This document shows, one piece after another, positions 39,978 to 52,545 of a stretch of 64,000 nt of DNA; positions within the stretch are counted from its first letter, which is position 1; every line of letters begins with the position of its first letter. Position numbers and translations under genes: made by a program. This stretch comes from Octopus vulgaris (taxonomy: Eukaryota): positions 170,748,001-170,812,000 of the forward strand of contig OX597814.1 in assembly GCA_951406725.2 (NCBI GenBank), read 5' to 3'. The notes beneath the pieces were generated by a model, which did no database searches, had not been told where the DNA came from, and saw only the letters and a program-made list of their open reading frames with translations.

Positions 39978-42153
39978 ATATTTAAATATGAACGTTGACG
40001 AAAGCGTGAATGAATGCCACAGTGTGATAAGATCTAGATGAGACAACTCTGAGACCTTGCTTCAATTCCCAGATGTAGCTATTTCGCTTCACTTCAACAC
40101 ATTTAGATCCTTATAATTTGGGGGAAAGAGGTGAGCATCACATCATGTCTTCTTTTCCCCCCACAGGGGAAAAATATCTAACTCTTTAACAGACATCTGT
40201 GACAGAATGGGTGGAAGGATTTAAATACTACAAATATACAAATTATTTATAAGGCATAAATATACTCTACTCACCCCACACCTATCCCACAGTGTAAAAG
40301 CATTAAAAGACACACACACTGGAAATGACTGAGTGTTGTAATGTCTCTAAGGATCATTGTAGGTGTCCATGAAAAAAGAGCCACTGCTCATAGCTCAAGC
40401 TCATCCCCCTCCTTTCTTCTACCATAACCAACACCATACACACATATATACAGTGTATAGTAATACACACATACACACACAGAGGCACCAAAGGCTAGCT
40501 TTAAAGAAAAAAAAGAAGCAAACTGAAAACAACAAAAGAAACAAAGGGCAGAATAATAATTAAAAAAAAAATTTTTTTTATATAAAATAAAAAAATAAAA
40601 TATTCAAAAAAATATTTGTTAGTAGATTAAGGTAAAAAAAAAAAGGGTGAATTAGTAACTTGTAGCAACTAGTACATGGGGAGGAATAAGTTTGAAGAAC
40701 TGAAAGTAGTTCAAAGAAAGCTTGATGGCAAAAAAAATGCTGTGACATTAGCAAAAAAGGTAAAAGACATCCCAGTCAACATCTGTAGATAGTAGAATGG
40801 AAGAAGAGTGGCTCATGCAGATAGCTGTATAAAGTAACACCCACTCACGTAAACAAAACATCTGTAAGGGTCACACCCAGTCACGTAAATATCTGTAAGA
40901 GTAATTACCCAGTTATGTAAACAACTGGAAAAGCAACAGCACTCATGTAAACATTAGTATATCTAGCTAGGTAGCAACTGTTTCAAAGTATTATATAAAC
41001 ATTTCTAACAAACTGTAGCATCGTAGGGACTGTAACAGACAGCTTCACAGGGCACCAGCTGTGACAGTTAAATAAACAGCCACACATGGCAGTATATCAT
41101 ATGTAAATGTAACCGGCCACATTTCACAATGTATCGTTGCTGTAATGTAATAAGCTACACAGAAGGATGTAAACTAACAGCAAGGCAATAACTTCAACTG
41201 TAACAGACATTAACAGCTATTTTAACAATCACAACTGATAATGAGTGTTGCTTGCAACAGTTACATGTAACATTAGCCTGCTACTGTAACAACAATATGT
41301 GGCCGTAGATATTACAGTATAAGCAATAGATGACAGTAGGTGTATGTGACTAGCAACACTATGGAAACAGCAGCTAGTTGACAGCTGCTTAGCTGTACTA
41401 GTCGCACACCTGTATCAACATTTACAAGAATCGGTAGGACACAAATATAACAGCCAAGCTACATATAACATCAACTAGAACAAGATACACTGTAACTGCT
41501 CCACTTGCACACAGAAAACTAGTAGAGTAACATATACACAAACATCTATGAGAACATTTATAAGTTACTTTGCTAATCACATTTGTTACAGTCATATGAA
41601 ACTATATTTGGAATAGCAACGACAGTAACACACATTAATTAAGACAAAGGAATACACACTGATGTATACAGATTCTCTCTCACATACACACACACACATT
41701 ACAGAACTATTAACATAAGGTAGCATTTGGAACTATAACAATGACACATACACAATGTCTTGAAGAGAGTAACAGACGTGTAACATCAGCACTCGAAACA
41801 ACCTTACAATGGATATGACAACACTTAGAACAGGAATAGCCACAGATGACAACACTCAAACAGTAACAGTCTTATGTTACGTGACAACATCCAAAAACAG
41901 CAAGAGCCACAGGTAACAAGGATGAAAAACAGTGAACAGCCACATGTAACAGCATCTAAAAACTGTAACGAGCATTCAGTGTCTACCTACAAAGGATCAA
42001 AGAGTAAGAAGTGAAGTTTATCATGAACTTTTCTCATTAAAATAAACAAATTAGATAAACAACGAGATAAATAAAGAGTAAATGTGATAAGGCAATGAGG
42101 GAAAAAAAAAATAAATAAAAAAGTGGTTAGAAAATGTGAATTGAAGGACTCAC

Positions 42154-42287
42154 CTGAGACTGGACATTAGCCCCAACCGATGTCTCGTTGCCCTGGTAAC
42201 TATCACCGTTTAAATTCATATAGATGCTCTGTTGTTGACCTCCTAGTTGTGCTTGCGAAGATGCCACCATATTATAACCTGAAACCC
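42154..42287 (-). CDS. Pbx: Pbx exon homologous to the vertebrate PBX1a-specific cassette exon (134 nt, phase 1 to 0)
   Basis: (G)VSGYNMVASSQAQLGGQQQSIYMNLNGDSYQGNETSVGANVQSQ matches PBX1 ...SLNGDSYQGAQVGANVQSQ. Acceptor ttttttttcag, donor CAG|gtgagt. Phases fit both neighbouring exons. Confidence 0.95.
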
Positions 42288-44762
42288 CTGAAAAAAAAGT
42301 AAGACGACTCAGTTCTTTTTATAAGACAGTGGGGAGGTGATGACGCGAAACCAGTTACTGATGGAGCGTCACGGTATGATGTGGGACTGTGAGTCTGGGA
42401 GGTCGAAAGGTATGAAACAAGATAAATGGTAAAACAATTTTCTGACAGTTAGGTTTAGAAGATGCTTTATGGAGACAAACTGCATGTTCACACTAAGCAA
42501 TTCTTACACCTCACAAACTAATGAGGAAGCCTCTATGTAGTTGCTGGGTCAACAAGAACCAGTGCCAAATTTCCTGCAAATCTCACTGTTGGAGATATTG
42601 GGCTGTAGTACATTCATGTATATGTGCACATTATTCCAAATTTTTAACTCAGAAATCAAAAGTATGCATTATACACAAGAACTAAAAAGTTACCCAGTTG
42701 TTTTTTTTTTGTTTTTTTTTTATTAGAGGAGCTAATTTCATAATAGTGTACTGCACAGATGGGCTGCATCAGGGTGCAAGATCAATCTGTAAACTAACTG
42801 TTTTATTTGTTCACAGTGCTGAGTCAAGATCAAATACTTTGATAAGTGTGAGGGGTTGAGAGGAAAACAAAAACAAAAACAAAAAAAAAGGCTTTCAAAT
42901 TCAAGCCAGGTGTATAGGAGAGATTGTATTTTCAAATGCTTAATACCAAAAAACCAGAATTCCAACATGTCAACACTTCCTAGCTCCAGCAATGGGAGAG
43001 GGAGGGAGGGAAGGAGAGAGAGAGAGAGTGCAGGTGAATGTGTGTGTGTGTGAGTGAGAGAGAGAGAGAGAGAGAGAGTGCAGGTGAGTGTGTGTGTGAG
43101 AGAGAGAGAGAGAGATCTTTATATGTTCAGAGGATATTAAAACTAGTGAAAACAAAATAGGATCTCCCCAATACTTATTTGTTCTTTCAGTAAATGCACT
43201 AACAATAACCCAACAGTAGTACTGAGAGTTTCTTAAAAGTTGAAGCGAAGAGTATCTATCTGATACTAGGACCGCAGAGCAAATGAGAAAGTAAATGTTT
43301 TAGAATGTAGGAAAAAATAAACCTTTGAATTCATGTAAAGATTCCTCACACACAACAATAACTATTTCACAAACACACATTGGATTCTTCAGATACTGAC
43401 AAATTCTTATGCTTTCAAGCAAACATTAGTTCCACATTCTTTTAAAGCATAGATGGATGAGAAGACATTTTTTGCCTTTCTCTATGACCCAGGTGGCATA
43501 CGCAAAACACTTCCAATATGCTTTAAACAATTCCAGCATTATATTTAGCTACATTGTTCACAAGGATACACACAATTTCAACATACTAATCATAAAGCAG
43601 GAAAGTTTTGATGTATATATAAAGAAGATCTTATGTCCAACACAAAATATTTATAACACACCACAAGGCCTTAATAAAAAAAGGGAAGCATTATCTATGA
43701 GTCAGGATGTCAGCAGTATGGGAAAACATAGTAATCTAAACCATATCAGTGTATGGTGTATGTGTGTATAAGACCAATAAGGCACCTGTAACTCTCTTGT
43801 ATGATATTCTATGTTCAGCATTGTCATATGGAAGCTGGAGACAATTTATTGGTCTTCTCCTATATAGATATGGTCAAGATCAAATTGTACTCCCTTTCAA
43901 CAAAAGATGGTCTACTTTAGATTTGGGAGAACTTGATAGACAAAATATTGTGCTGATTCATAAAACAATCTGACAAATCTGCAGGTAAATCTGTCTATCT
44001 GATTTGAAATGAACCAAGAACTTTATCAGCTTCATCAATTTTTACAAATATTTGTTTTCATTGGCTCAAATTCCATAAAACACACACACACATCACAAAA
44101 TAAAACAAAAAAGAAAAAGTTGGGAAATTCAATTTTTCAAGAACTTAAACTCTTTCAGGTAATTTTGGTTGCTGTATTTCTTTAAAGTACACAAAAGAAA
44201 AAACAAAATTTTTGAAATAGTCTATCTGTGATTGTAGAAATACAATCTAAATTTGAAAGAAAATAAAAAATTTAGTTTAGTAAAAAATCGACACAGTAAA
44301 GACAGCATACATTTCCAGCAAGGTTTCTCATTCTTATAAAGAAGCAAATAGTCAATAAAAATTGGATATAAAGTGTGAACTGTTATCCACATTGATTCTT
44401 ATTGTCAGTCTAGCTGTCTTGAGACCCTGTATGGATAGGGACTACATTGTAATTGAACTAGTTAAGAATAGCAATAAGATTTTCCTGAAATACTCACACA
44501 TCATGCAAAATATGGAGGCATACATTGCATTACATATCCTTGGTGTCAACAACCAAGATATAGTTCAAAAGACTTTGACTATAAAACTGAAGTCAGGTTA
44601 GGATACATTATACACAACCTATATATATATGCATGTATATAGGTACCTGTGCGTATGTACATAAAAATATATGTGCATTTATATGTAAGTGTGTAGGTTG
44701 TGTAAACTGTACCCTAACCTGATCTCAGTCCTATAATCAAAGTCTTTTGAATTATAACTTGG

Positions 44763-44766
<4 letters not shown>

Positions 44767-44849
<83 letters not shown>
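44767..44849. repeat. (TA)n microsatellite
   Basis: Directly visible. Confidence 0.98.
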
Positions 44850-44854
<5 letters not shown>

Positions 44855-44980
44855 GTATACACACACACACATAAAAGTCAAAAGGATGTGTTGTAATACT
44901 ATACCACAGCTATACCAACAATCCAACATACCTCCATCATCAGCTGCCCCAAACACACACACACACACACACACATGTAT

Positions 44981-45140
44981 GGTAGGCTTCTTTTTGTTTC
45001 CATCTTCCAGATCCACTCATAAGGCTTTGGTTGACCTGGGGCTATAGAAGACACTTACGCAAGGTGCCACATAGTGGGATTGAACCCAAAACCATGTGGT
45101 TGGGAAGCAAACCTCTTAACACACAGCCACACTTGCACCT
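44981..45140 (-). mobile_element. CORE-type SINE head
   Basis: atccactcataaggctttgg...gcaaggtgccacatagtgggattgaacccaaaaccatgtggttgggaagc. Confidence 0.85.
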
Positions 45141-45708
45141 ATATAACATGCCAATATCATGCACTCACACATACCAAGTATATAGATATCTAAATGCAAA
45201 ATGCATATAATTATATTATAAATATATACACATATTCTTACACACACACACACACAAATATGTATATATACATCTACATATATATGTACACACACACACA
45301 AATATGTATATATATACATCTACATATATATGTATACACACATGCACACATATTTATATATTACTTATTCGTCAATATTCAATATTCCTCCTTTATTTTC
45401 CCTTTCATACAGAGCACATAACACACACACATACACTGAAGAAGCATGGCTTGATGCAAAACATGAGCCTTGCCCAAACCTTTTTAGCTCTGGCAACAAA
45501 AGCTATGCCATATATTAAGACATTTCCTACATACAAGAATTGATTTTCGACTTATACTTTTCAATATATTAAGCAAAACTGTAGATACACACAAGCACAT
45601 ATACGCAAACTATAAGCACCGCATCTCCTACTCTTGATTACTTTCCCTACTTCTTTCTCCTTCCTCTCCCACTGGCTTTTACATTTATTTATCCATGTTT
45701 CTGTATAC

Positions 45709-45810
45709 CTCCAGCTTTGCATCTCTTCCGCGAGCTAAATAATGAGGTTGAGCTCATCTTGGCCAAATAAATAGCTTTCATGGATACTGTGTAGACAAGG
45801 CCAAATTGAA
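45709..45810 (-). CDS. Candidate in-frame 102-nt cassette or alternative last exon within Pbx intron
   Basis: ttgac...gtgctatttcag|TT CAA TTT...GCT GGA G|gtatac. Phase 1 to 1 and stop-free in the Pbx frame. Confidence 0.3.
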
Positions 45811-46108
45811 CTGAAATAGCACTAACAACAGTCAATATAACATCACATGGAAAGAATGTCGTGAGCAAGGTGCATGGTGAACTCTTTAGTTTCAAAACCC
45901 CCAAAAGTGCACTTGGAAAGAGGGAGGAAGGAAGGAAAGCATGGACATCTCGGTCTCGCGTTTAACGATCGCACTTAGTAAAACAGAAAAATGCAACAAC
46001 CCCTTTAATATTGATGTCTGTATAGTGCAAGTATGTGTGAACACTATATACAATATTTATGTTGCAATACTCTGCAAGCACATATGAATGTGTGCGTGCA
46101 TATTTTTG

Positions 46109-46516
46109 GGGGATCTTTTCCGTTTGAACGGCAGTTTTTAAAAATAATTTCCACGTAACAAAACACTTTTAAACTTCGTATACTGGTAGAATGTGTTTAG
46201 AAAACATATTTTTCTCTTGGCTTTATTGAGAAAATTCTATAGTTTGTAAGATATTTGTTGTTGTTTTCCTTCAATTTCTGCAATTTCAACCAATCAATGA
46301 CCGTCTATTGAGGTGAAAACATTCTGTGTCGTATGAATATGTCCCTCGTTTAAGAAACAGATTGGGTTTATTTAAAAAGATACCCTTCCCTCCACCCCTA
46401 ACCATAACCCTAAAACAGATTGAAATGCAACAGATCGATACTGGGGTCATAATTATGGGTGACAATTTCATATGACACCGCTAGAAAAAACTGCCATTCA
46501 AACCGAAAAGATCCTC
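46109..46516. mobile_element. Non-autonomous TIR element (about 408 nt, ~30-nt TIRs) inserted in a T-run, family unassigned
   Basis: Left ggatcttttccgtttgaacggcagttttt, right aaaaaactgccattcaaaccgaaaagatcc. Internal ccctaaccataaccctaa. Confidence 0.85.
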
Positions 46517-46849
46517 TTTTTTTTTTTTATTCCTTGCATGTTTCAGTCACTAGATACGGCCATGTGGAGCACCACTTTGAATTTAGTTGAATGAATTAGG
46601 CCCAGCATTTTTTTTTTTTAATCTTGGTACTTATTCTACTATTCTCTTTTGCTGAACTGCTAAGTTGTCAAGCAGTGATGGGGAACAAACAAAGACACAC
46701 ACACATCTTTAAGGTAATTCAGTTAATAAAACCAGTTTCCATATTTCTTTTGCTTTCTCTATTTTATAATTGTCAGTTTACTTGTAACTACACCTTTTCT
46801 GTTTTAAAACCCATAAAAAATTAATTTTGAGTGGTTTTGGGGGTGCTGA

Positions 46850-47010
46850 GTCCACTCTACAGAGTGGTTGGTGTTAAGAAGAGCATCCATCTGTAAAAAC
46901 CCTGCCAAAACAGACACAATAGCATAAGGTAGATTGTCTACCTGGCTAGTTCCTGTGAACTGTCCTACCCATTGCATGCATGGAAGATGAACGTTAAACA
47001 ATGATGATAT
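46850..47010 (+). mobile_element. RTE-LINE 3' tail, degraded
   Basis: gagtggttggtgttaagaagagcatccatctgtaaaaaccctgcc...(gat)n. Confidence 0.7.
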
Positions 47011-47569
47011 TTTTCTATTTTATTAAGTATCGCAGTCTGCAGGGTGTTTTTGCATTATGCATGCATTGTATATGTAACAATTAAATTATACATTATGCAT
47101 TGTATGGTGTTTGGCTATGCGTTTAATTCCCCATCCATGGAAAAATTGTCTTGTATGAAACTGGTCTGTGGTGTAAAAGACATTTGAAACCACTGATCAC
47201 CCTATTTTCCTGTCAGACATAGTGTAGCAAGTATTACATTGTCCAATGTCTTTTCTTTTATAAAGTTTCCCATCTATTTCTTGCAGGGTAGACATAAAGG
47301 CTTCCTCGCTGACTCACTGCTAGTCAAGAGTGAGCCAGTAACACCAATTTTCATCAACTTGTATTGACCTACAAAAGCACAACCTGAACCTCAGTTACAC
47401 AAACCCAACTTTGTATGTAACCTGAATAGGACATTTCACATATGTATTTGATTAGCAAGATTCTTGATATGAACTTGTGTGTTGAGACAGATTTTGGTGT
47501 ATCTTGAGAGGGTCACTATGCCAATTATAAACACATGTTTTGGTTCTATTTCACTTAATTTCTTTTATT

Positions 47570-47768
47570 AATGTTTGCATGCCGGGCGAAATCTTTAGAA
47601 GTATTTCGTTTGTCTTTACGTTCTGAGTTCAAACTCCGCCGAGGTCGACTTTGCCTTTCATCCTTTTGGGGTCGATAAATTAAATACCAGTTGTGCACTA
47701 GGGTCAATCTAATCGACTGGCCCCCTCCCCCTAAATTTCTGGCCTTGTGCCTAGAGTAGAAAAGAATA
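47570..47768 (+). mobile_element. Meta/Sauria-like tRNA SINE
   Basis: gttctgagttcaaactccgccgaggtcgactttgcctttcatccttttggggtcgataaattaa. CpGs are retained, which suggests a young copy. Confidence 0.88.
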
Positions 47769-49280
47769 TTATTATTATTAGTCAATTGGTTAACCATTCA
47801 ACCAATTCAATAATTGATTGGGTGGTTAATGAGTCACTCAGCTAGGTTTGCCAAAGTTCTTTTGTCACCATTTCTGCCCTCATCAATGACATGCCCTCTC
47901 TCTCTACTCTAGGTTTGCTTCAGGAGTGAAATAGAACCAGTATATGTTTACTACTGGTATAATGAATAGGATATATTTACTCCTGTTTTAATTGAGACAC
48001 CAAATAACGATAAAACAAAAAATAAGGTGATTACTTTATATAGAAAGCCATGGGGTTACATTGTAAGAACCAACAACTTTCGTAATAGTATTTTGCAGAC
48101 GAGAGAAATATTTTCTATTCTTTAAATAGGATGAAGATTTGTGAGGTTTGTAAAATTAAATGTCATGAAGGGAATATGAACTTATAGCCCAAGAGCCAAT
48201 TGTCTATCCACCTAGCCATTTCACTTCATTATTTAAAAAAAAAAAATTTATATTCATTGGCAACAACATTGGCATCATTATCATTATCCATAATATTAAT
48301 AATGATAACAATAATAACAACAACAATAGCAAAACACTAATGACAATGACAAAACTGAGTAAGCTTCATTCCATTTGGTTCATTAAAATTCATTTCACTT
48401 AAATGAACATCCTTAGAGATCAACTTTAGAGACAGATATTTTTCAAAAATGAAAATTCCCCACCATTAAAATGCATTAAAATGAAATATAAAGTAATTTA
48501 AAAAAAAAAATATACAATTAAATATATTAAAAAAAAACCAAAAACCTAACAAACATTAAATATATTTAACCAAAAAATAATCAACTAGCATTAAAAAAAA
48601 AAATTAAAAACAACAACTACCAAGCAACAATATTATTTTAGAATAGAATGACTCACCATTTTTTAATATTAGATTACTGATATTCTTCACACAAGATAAC
48701 AATGAGATGTGCATTATATACTATACTAGCAGTCGTACTGAAGAATTTAGATAATTTCTTGATAAACTAAGAAAAGATGTTATAATCAAGATGCTTCTTC
48801 ATATACTATTGCAGCCTGGAAATCATTATCTCTTGATGTTTGACGACATTATGAAGCCTTGCTCTCTCTTTCTTTCCCACCACCTTCCTTTCAACTAGTT
48901 ACATAATTTATCTTGCAAGAATTCAGTTAGCTTGTCAACATTTCGACACTTCACAAATATGTTATTTAATCTAGCAGTATATTGCAGAATTGGTAGCTAG
49001 TCATTATATTGATGACATCTAACGAAATACTTTTATTACTATTTACTGCTATAATTGCTTGCTTTATTGCTGACTAACAAAGATGTGGTCAACACCAATG
49101 CCATTCTCTGCCAAATAGGAATACGACAGCAGAGCAAAACAGTGCAAAACCTGCACCGAGCACTAATTAACTGACTGTAGCTGTTTAACCCAAGGTTGGA
49201 CAGGTCTGCCATCAATCAGAAGAAAGTATGGTATGAAACATACAAAAACAAAGGTTTATGTTAGCAGCCATCTAGTTTAA

Positions 49281-49861
49281 CCCTTTAGCATTTAAATGGG
49301 CCAGATCTGGTCCAAGAATTCTTCCAGTTTTATGTTCAAGCTGGTCAGATCTGGCCTCTCACACATGCCCTACAATTATTTTTAAAATAGACAACCACTC
49401 ATAAAAATCTCAAAGCTATGAAATAATACATGATTAATTCAAAACAATATAAATGAATAAGTGCCAAGGACTGCATAGTGCCAAGGTCTCCAAATTTGCC
49501 ATCAAGATAGAAAACAAGATACTGCAATAGCCTGGGTTTCAGAGGTCCACAGTTCTTCAATACCCTCCCGAATGACCTGAGAGACCTGCATGGGGTGGAT
49601 GCAGATGTCTTCAAAATAAAGCTGGACCTCTTCCTGTCAGGTGTCCCTGATGAACCAACTTCACAGCAGGAGGTGCAGATGAGGGCAGCTGCATCAAACT
49701 CTCTCATGCACCAAATGTCAATTGCTAAAAAGCATTTGTGAAGTAAAATCATGTAGCAACACCGAATAGCATTGCCCCAGCATGGCCACAGTTCGTGAGC
49801 TGAAACTAGATGAAATGAAAAAAAACGAAATGTTTGATAGCATAATCTGAATGCTAAATGG
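49281..49861 (+). mobile_element. TTAA MITE interrupted by a LINE fragment
   Basis: TTAA|CCCTTTAGCATT...AATGCTAAATGG|TTAA, about 360 nt longer than sibling copies. Confidence 0.88.
49462..49825 (+). mobile_element. 5'-truncated CR1-like LINE 3' end
   Basis: SLGFRGPQFFNTLPNDLRDLHGVDADVFKIKLDLFLSGVPDEPTSQQEVQMRAAASNSLMHQM, then a short UTR and an A-rich tail. Confidence 0.8.
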
Positions 49862-50480
49862 TTAAGAGGACCCAACTGAATATGCAGTGATTAAGCATCA
49901 GAAAAATATAGCATAGCCAAGAGCCAGAGCTATTGTCTACCTAATTACTATTGAGCTTGACACTTCTGAAGCTGCTGCTGCCACACTGTAACAAATATTA
50001 TTTACCACAAGAATCGGTTATTTCACACTAGACTGCTGTTTTAGGTTCAATATATTTTGAGAAGAGTTATTGTTGTAACCTTCACACCTCACATGGCAAT
50101 CAGCAGTTTTAATTCAGAAGAGATTTCTTTCACAGTTTCTAGAACAGCGCTTTCATTTATCACAATCTGTTTCCTTCAAATATATTTTGACTTTTCAAAT
50201 AGTCTTCAAATCTAATTTAATTTTTTTTATTCACTTTCTACTTCCAGCAGAAACGCTGCATAATTATTTTAACTATTTTAGTCATTAAGGTTTTTAAAAA
50301 TTTCTACTCAAGACAAAACCACCAGAGAATATTATTTTTAATTACTCATTTCTTACTAAATAAGTTATTTGGTTATAAGAAAGAAAAAAAAATCTTTTTA
50401 AAATTCTCAACTAAAATTGTATGTTCTGCAAAGTATTAAATTCTTAAGTTTTTTTTTATTCATTTTAATTATTTTTTTAA

Positions 50481-50701
50481 CCCTTTAGCATTTAAACCGG
50501 CCATATCCGGCCAAAGGTATTCTGCCTGTTTTATGTTCAAACTGGCCAGATCTGGTCTCTCACACCAACCCTACACTATCATCTTAAAAATGAACAGCTA
50601 CCTCATCAAAATCTCATAGCTACATGATAATGCATGATTAGTTCAAAACAATGAGGACAAAAAAGCATTAATTTTGGCAGAATAATACAAACACTAAAGG
50701 G
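50481..50701 (+). mobile_element. TTAA MITE (piggyBac-type), 221 nt
   Basis: TTAA|CCCTTTAGCATTT...ACACTAAAGGG|TTAA. Confidence 0.92.
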
Positions 50702-51204
50702 TTAAAGTCTCACAAGAGATTTAATAACTATTTCATATACATAACAGTAATTTTATTGTTTGAAGTTTTATGGTTAAAACCTGTATTTTACAAAATAATG
50801 TCTTAAATTGTAACTGTAGAAACAATTGCTTGCCCTCTTAGAAGTATCTGCTTATCGTACAACATTATCTACAGGTATAGCATCATTATTGTAAATGATA
50901 CTCACTAGCATATGAGATCTACTTCTAACTCTTTTAAATGTTGTTATAACATATATATGCACAGTTTTAAAAATAAAGAGAAATCATTTAATTCAACTAG
51001 AGTAGCTAAATACAGATCAATGTTAATTCGATGAATACAAACTATGATCTACACAGGGACATTATAACAAGAACTTCTTACATAAGAAACAATAAAGAAT
51101 GCAGATTATGTTCTACTGAAATATACTGCATTTTCTTAGGTAGCAAAACAAATTACTTAAGCTAAAACAGGAATGCTTTTTGTATTGCAAACATAAAATC
51201 TAAA

Positions 51205-51350
51205 AGAGTGGTTGGCGTTAGGAAGGGCATCCAACTGTAGAAACTCTGCCAGATCAGATTGGAGCCTGGTGCAGCCATCTGGTTCACCAGCCCTCAGTCA
51301 AATCGTCCAACCCATACCAGCATGGGAAGCGGATGTTAAATGATGATGAT
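51205..51350 (+). mobile_element. RTE-LINE 3' tail
   Basis: gagtggttggcgttaggaagggcatcc...aacccataccagcatgggaagcggatgttaaa(tga)n. Confidence 0.88.
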
Positions 51351-51386
51351 ATATATATATATACTAGTAGATATAAGTAAATAAGT

Positions 51387-51417
<31 letters not shown>

Positions 51418-52326
51418 AGGAGTAAGTATTGTCCACCTTTTTCATCTACTACCAAATTTCTTAGCTATTTATCATCATTAACTTGAAATTTTCTTTGATC
51501 TATAATAGTTGAGATGTCCAGCTTCACCTTTCCTTACATACTCTGACTATAGTTGTTATCATTCCTTTTTTTCTTTCTATCCTTATTACACTGGCAAAAT
51601 ACAAATAATAAATTCCTTTGCTTAACTACTATATAGAGAATGTTCCAAATTTACACAGTTCTGATTTATCTCTGCCTACCAAGTAAAGTTGGTCGATATC
51701 AGTGGATTAAATTAGCAGTTTTCTTCTGAAGATCTGGCATCACAAGGTGATAATGTAATCATCTATGTAATGATTCTTGCACAATATACTGCCATCCACT
51801 AGTGAAACACATGTAAAGATTAATTTGTGATGTTATAATAAAGTGTTTAACTAATTCTCCTGTTGAATTCTGCTCTCAGATATACACTCTGTAAATTATG
51901 TTTAATATTTGATTGGAAGTTGGATATACATGGATTTATATGAAGTGCTAAGAATTGGTTAACTGTTACACAATCTAAATATCTACATACACATACACAC
52001 ATGTATGTATATATGTGTGTGTGTGTGTATGATTGTTTGTATAGACAGATAGATAGAAATGCTTACCATTCCAAGAGCTACCAATTAAATTAAAGTACAC
52101 TCAAAATAGTGATAACAGGATCTTCAAGTTGTACTGAGATTTCTTTGATATGGGACCAAATTAACAAGCTATCATATGGAGGAAATCATTAGTTTAGGGA
52201 GGGGTTATTACATCCCCAAAATTATTTTATTTTATTCTGTCCTTTTAAATTTTTTTGTGATTTAAAAAAAAACAAAAACTTTCAAGTGCAACAGCTGGAA
52301 CCACTTTCATGAATGTTCCATTAATT

Positions 52327-52545
52327 CTTTCTACTAAAGCACAAGGCCTGGAATTTGGATGCGGGGTGGGGGTGGGGGGCTAGTCAATTATGTTGATCCC
52401 AGTACACTACTGGTACTTATTTCATCAACTCCAAAAGGATGAAAAGTAAAGTTGGCCTTGGTGGAATTTGAACTCAGAACGTAAAGATGGGTGAAATGCT
52501 GTTAAGCATTTTGCCTGGCATGCTAATGATTCTGACAGCTTGCCA
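52327..52545 (-). mobile_element. Meta/Sauria-like tRNA SINE
   Basis: aaaggatgaaaagtaaagttggccttggtggaatttgaactcagaacgtaaag. Confidence 0.82.

Noticed and set aside
48657-48770. Consensus donor ATG|gtgagt suggesting another exon
   Set aside because: All nearby acceptors give early stops in the Pbx frame, and the sequence is AT-rich with no other support.
49399-49875. 158-aa minus-strand ORF
   Set aside because: It is antisense to a CR1-like LINE fragment and MITE.
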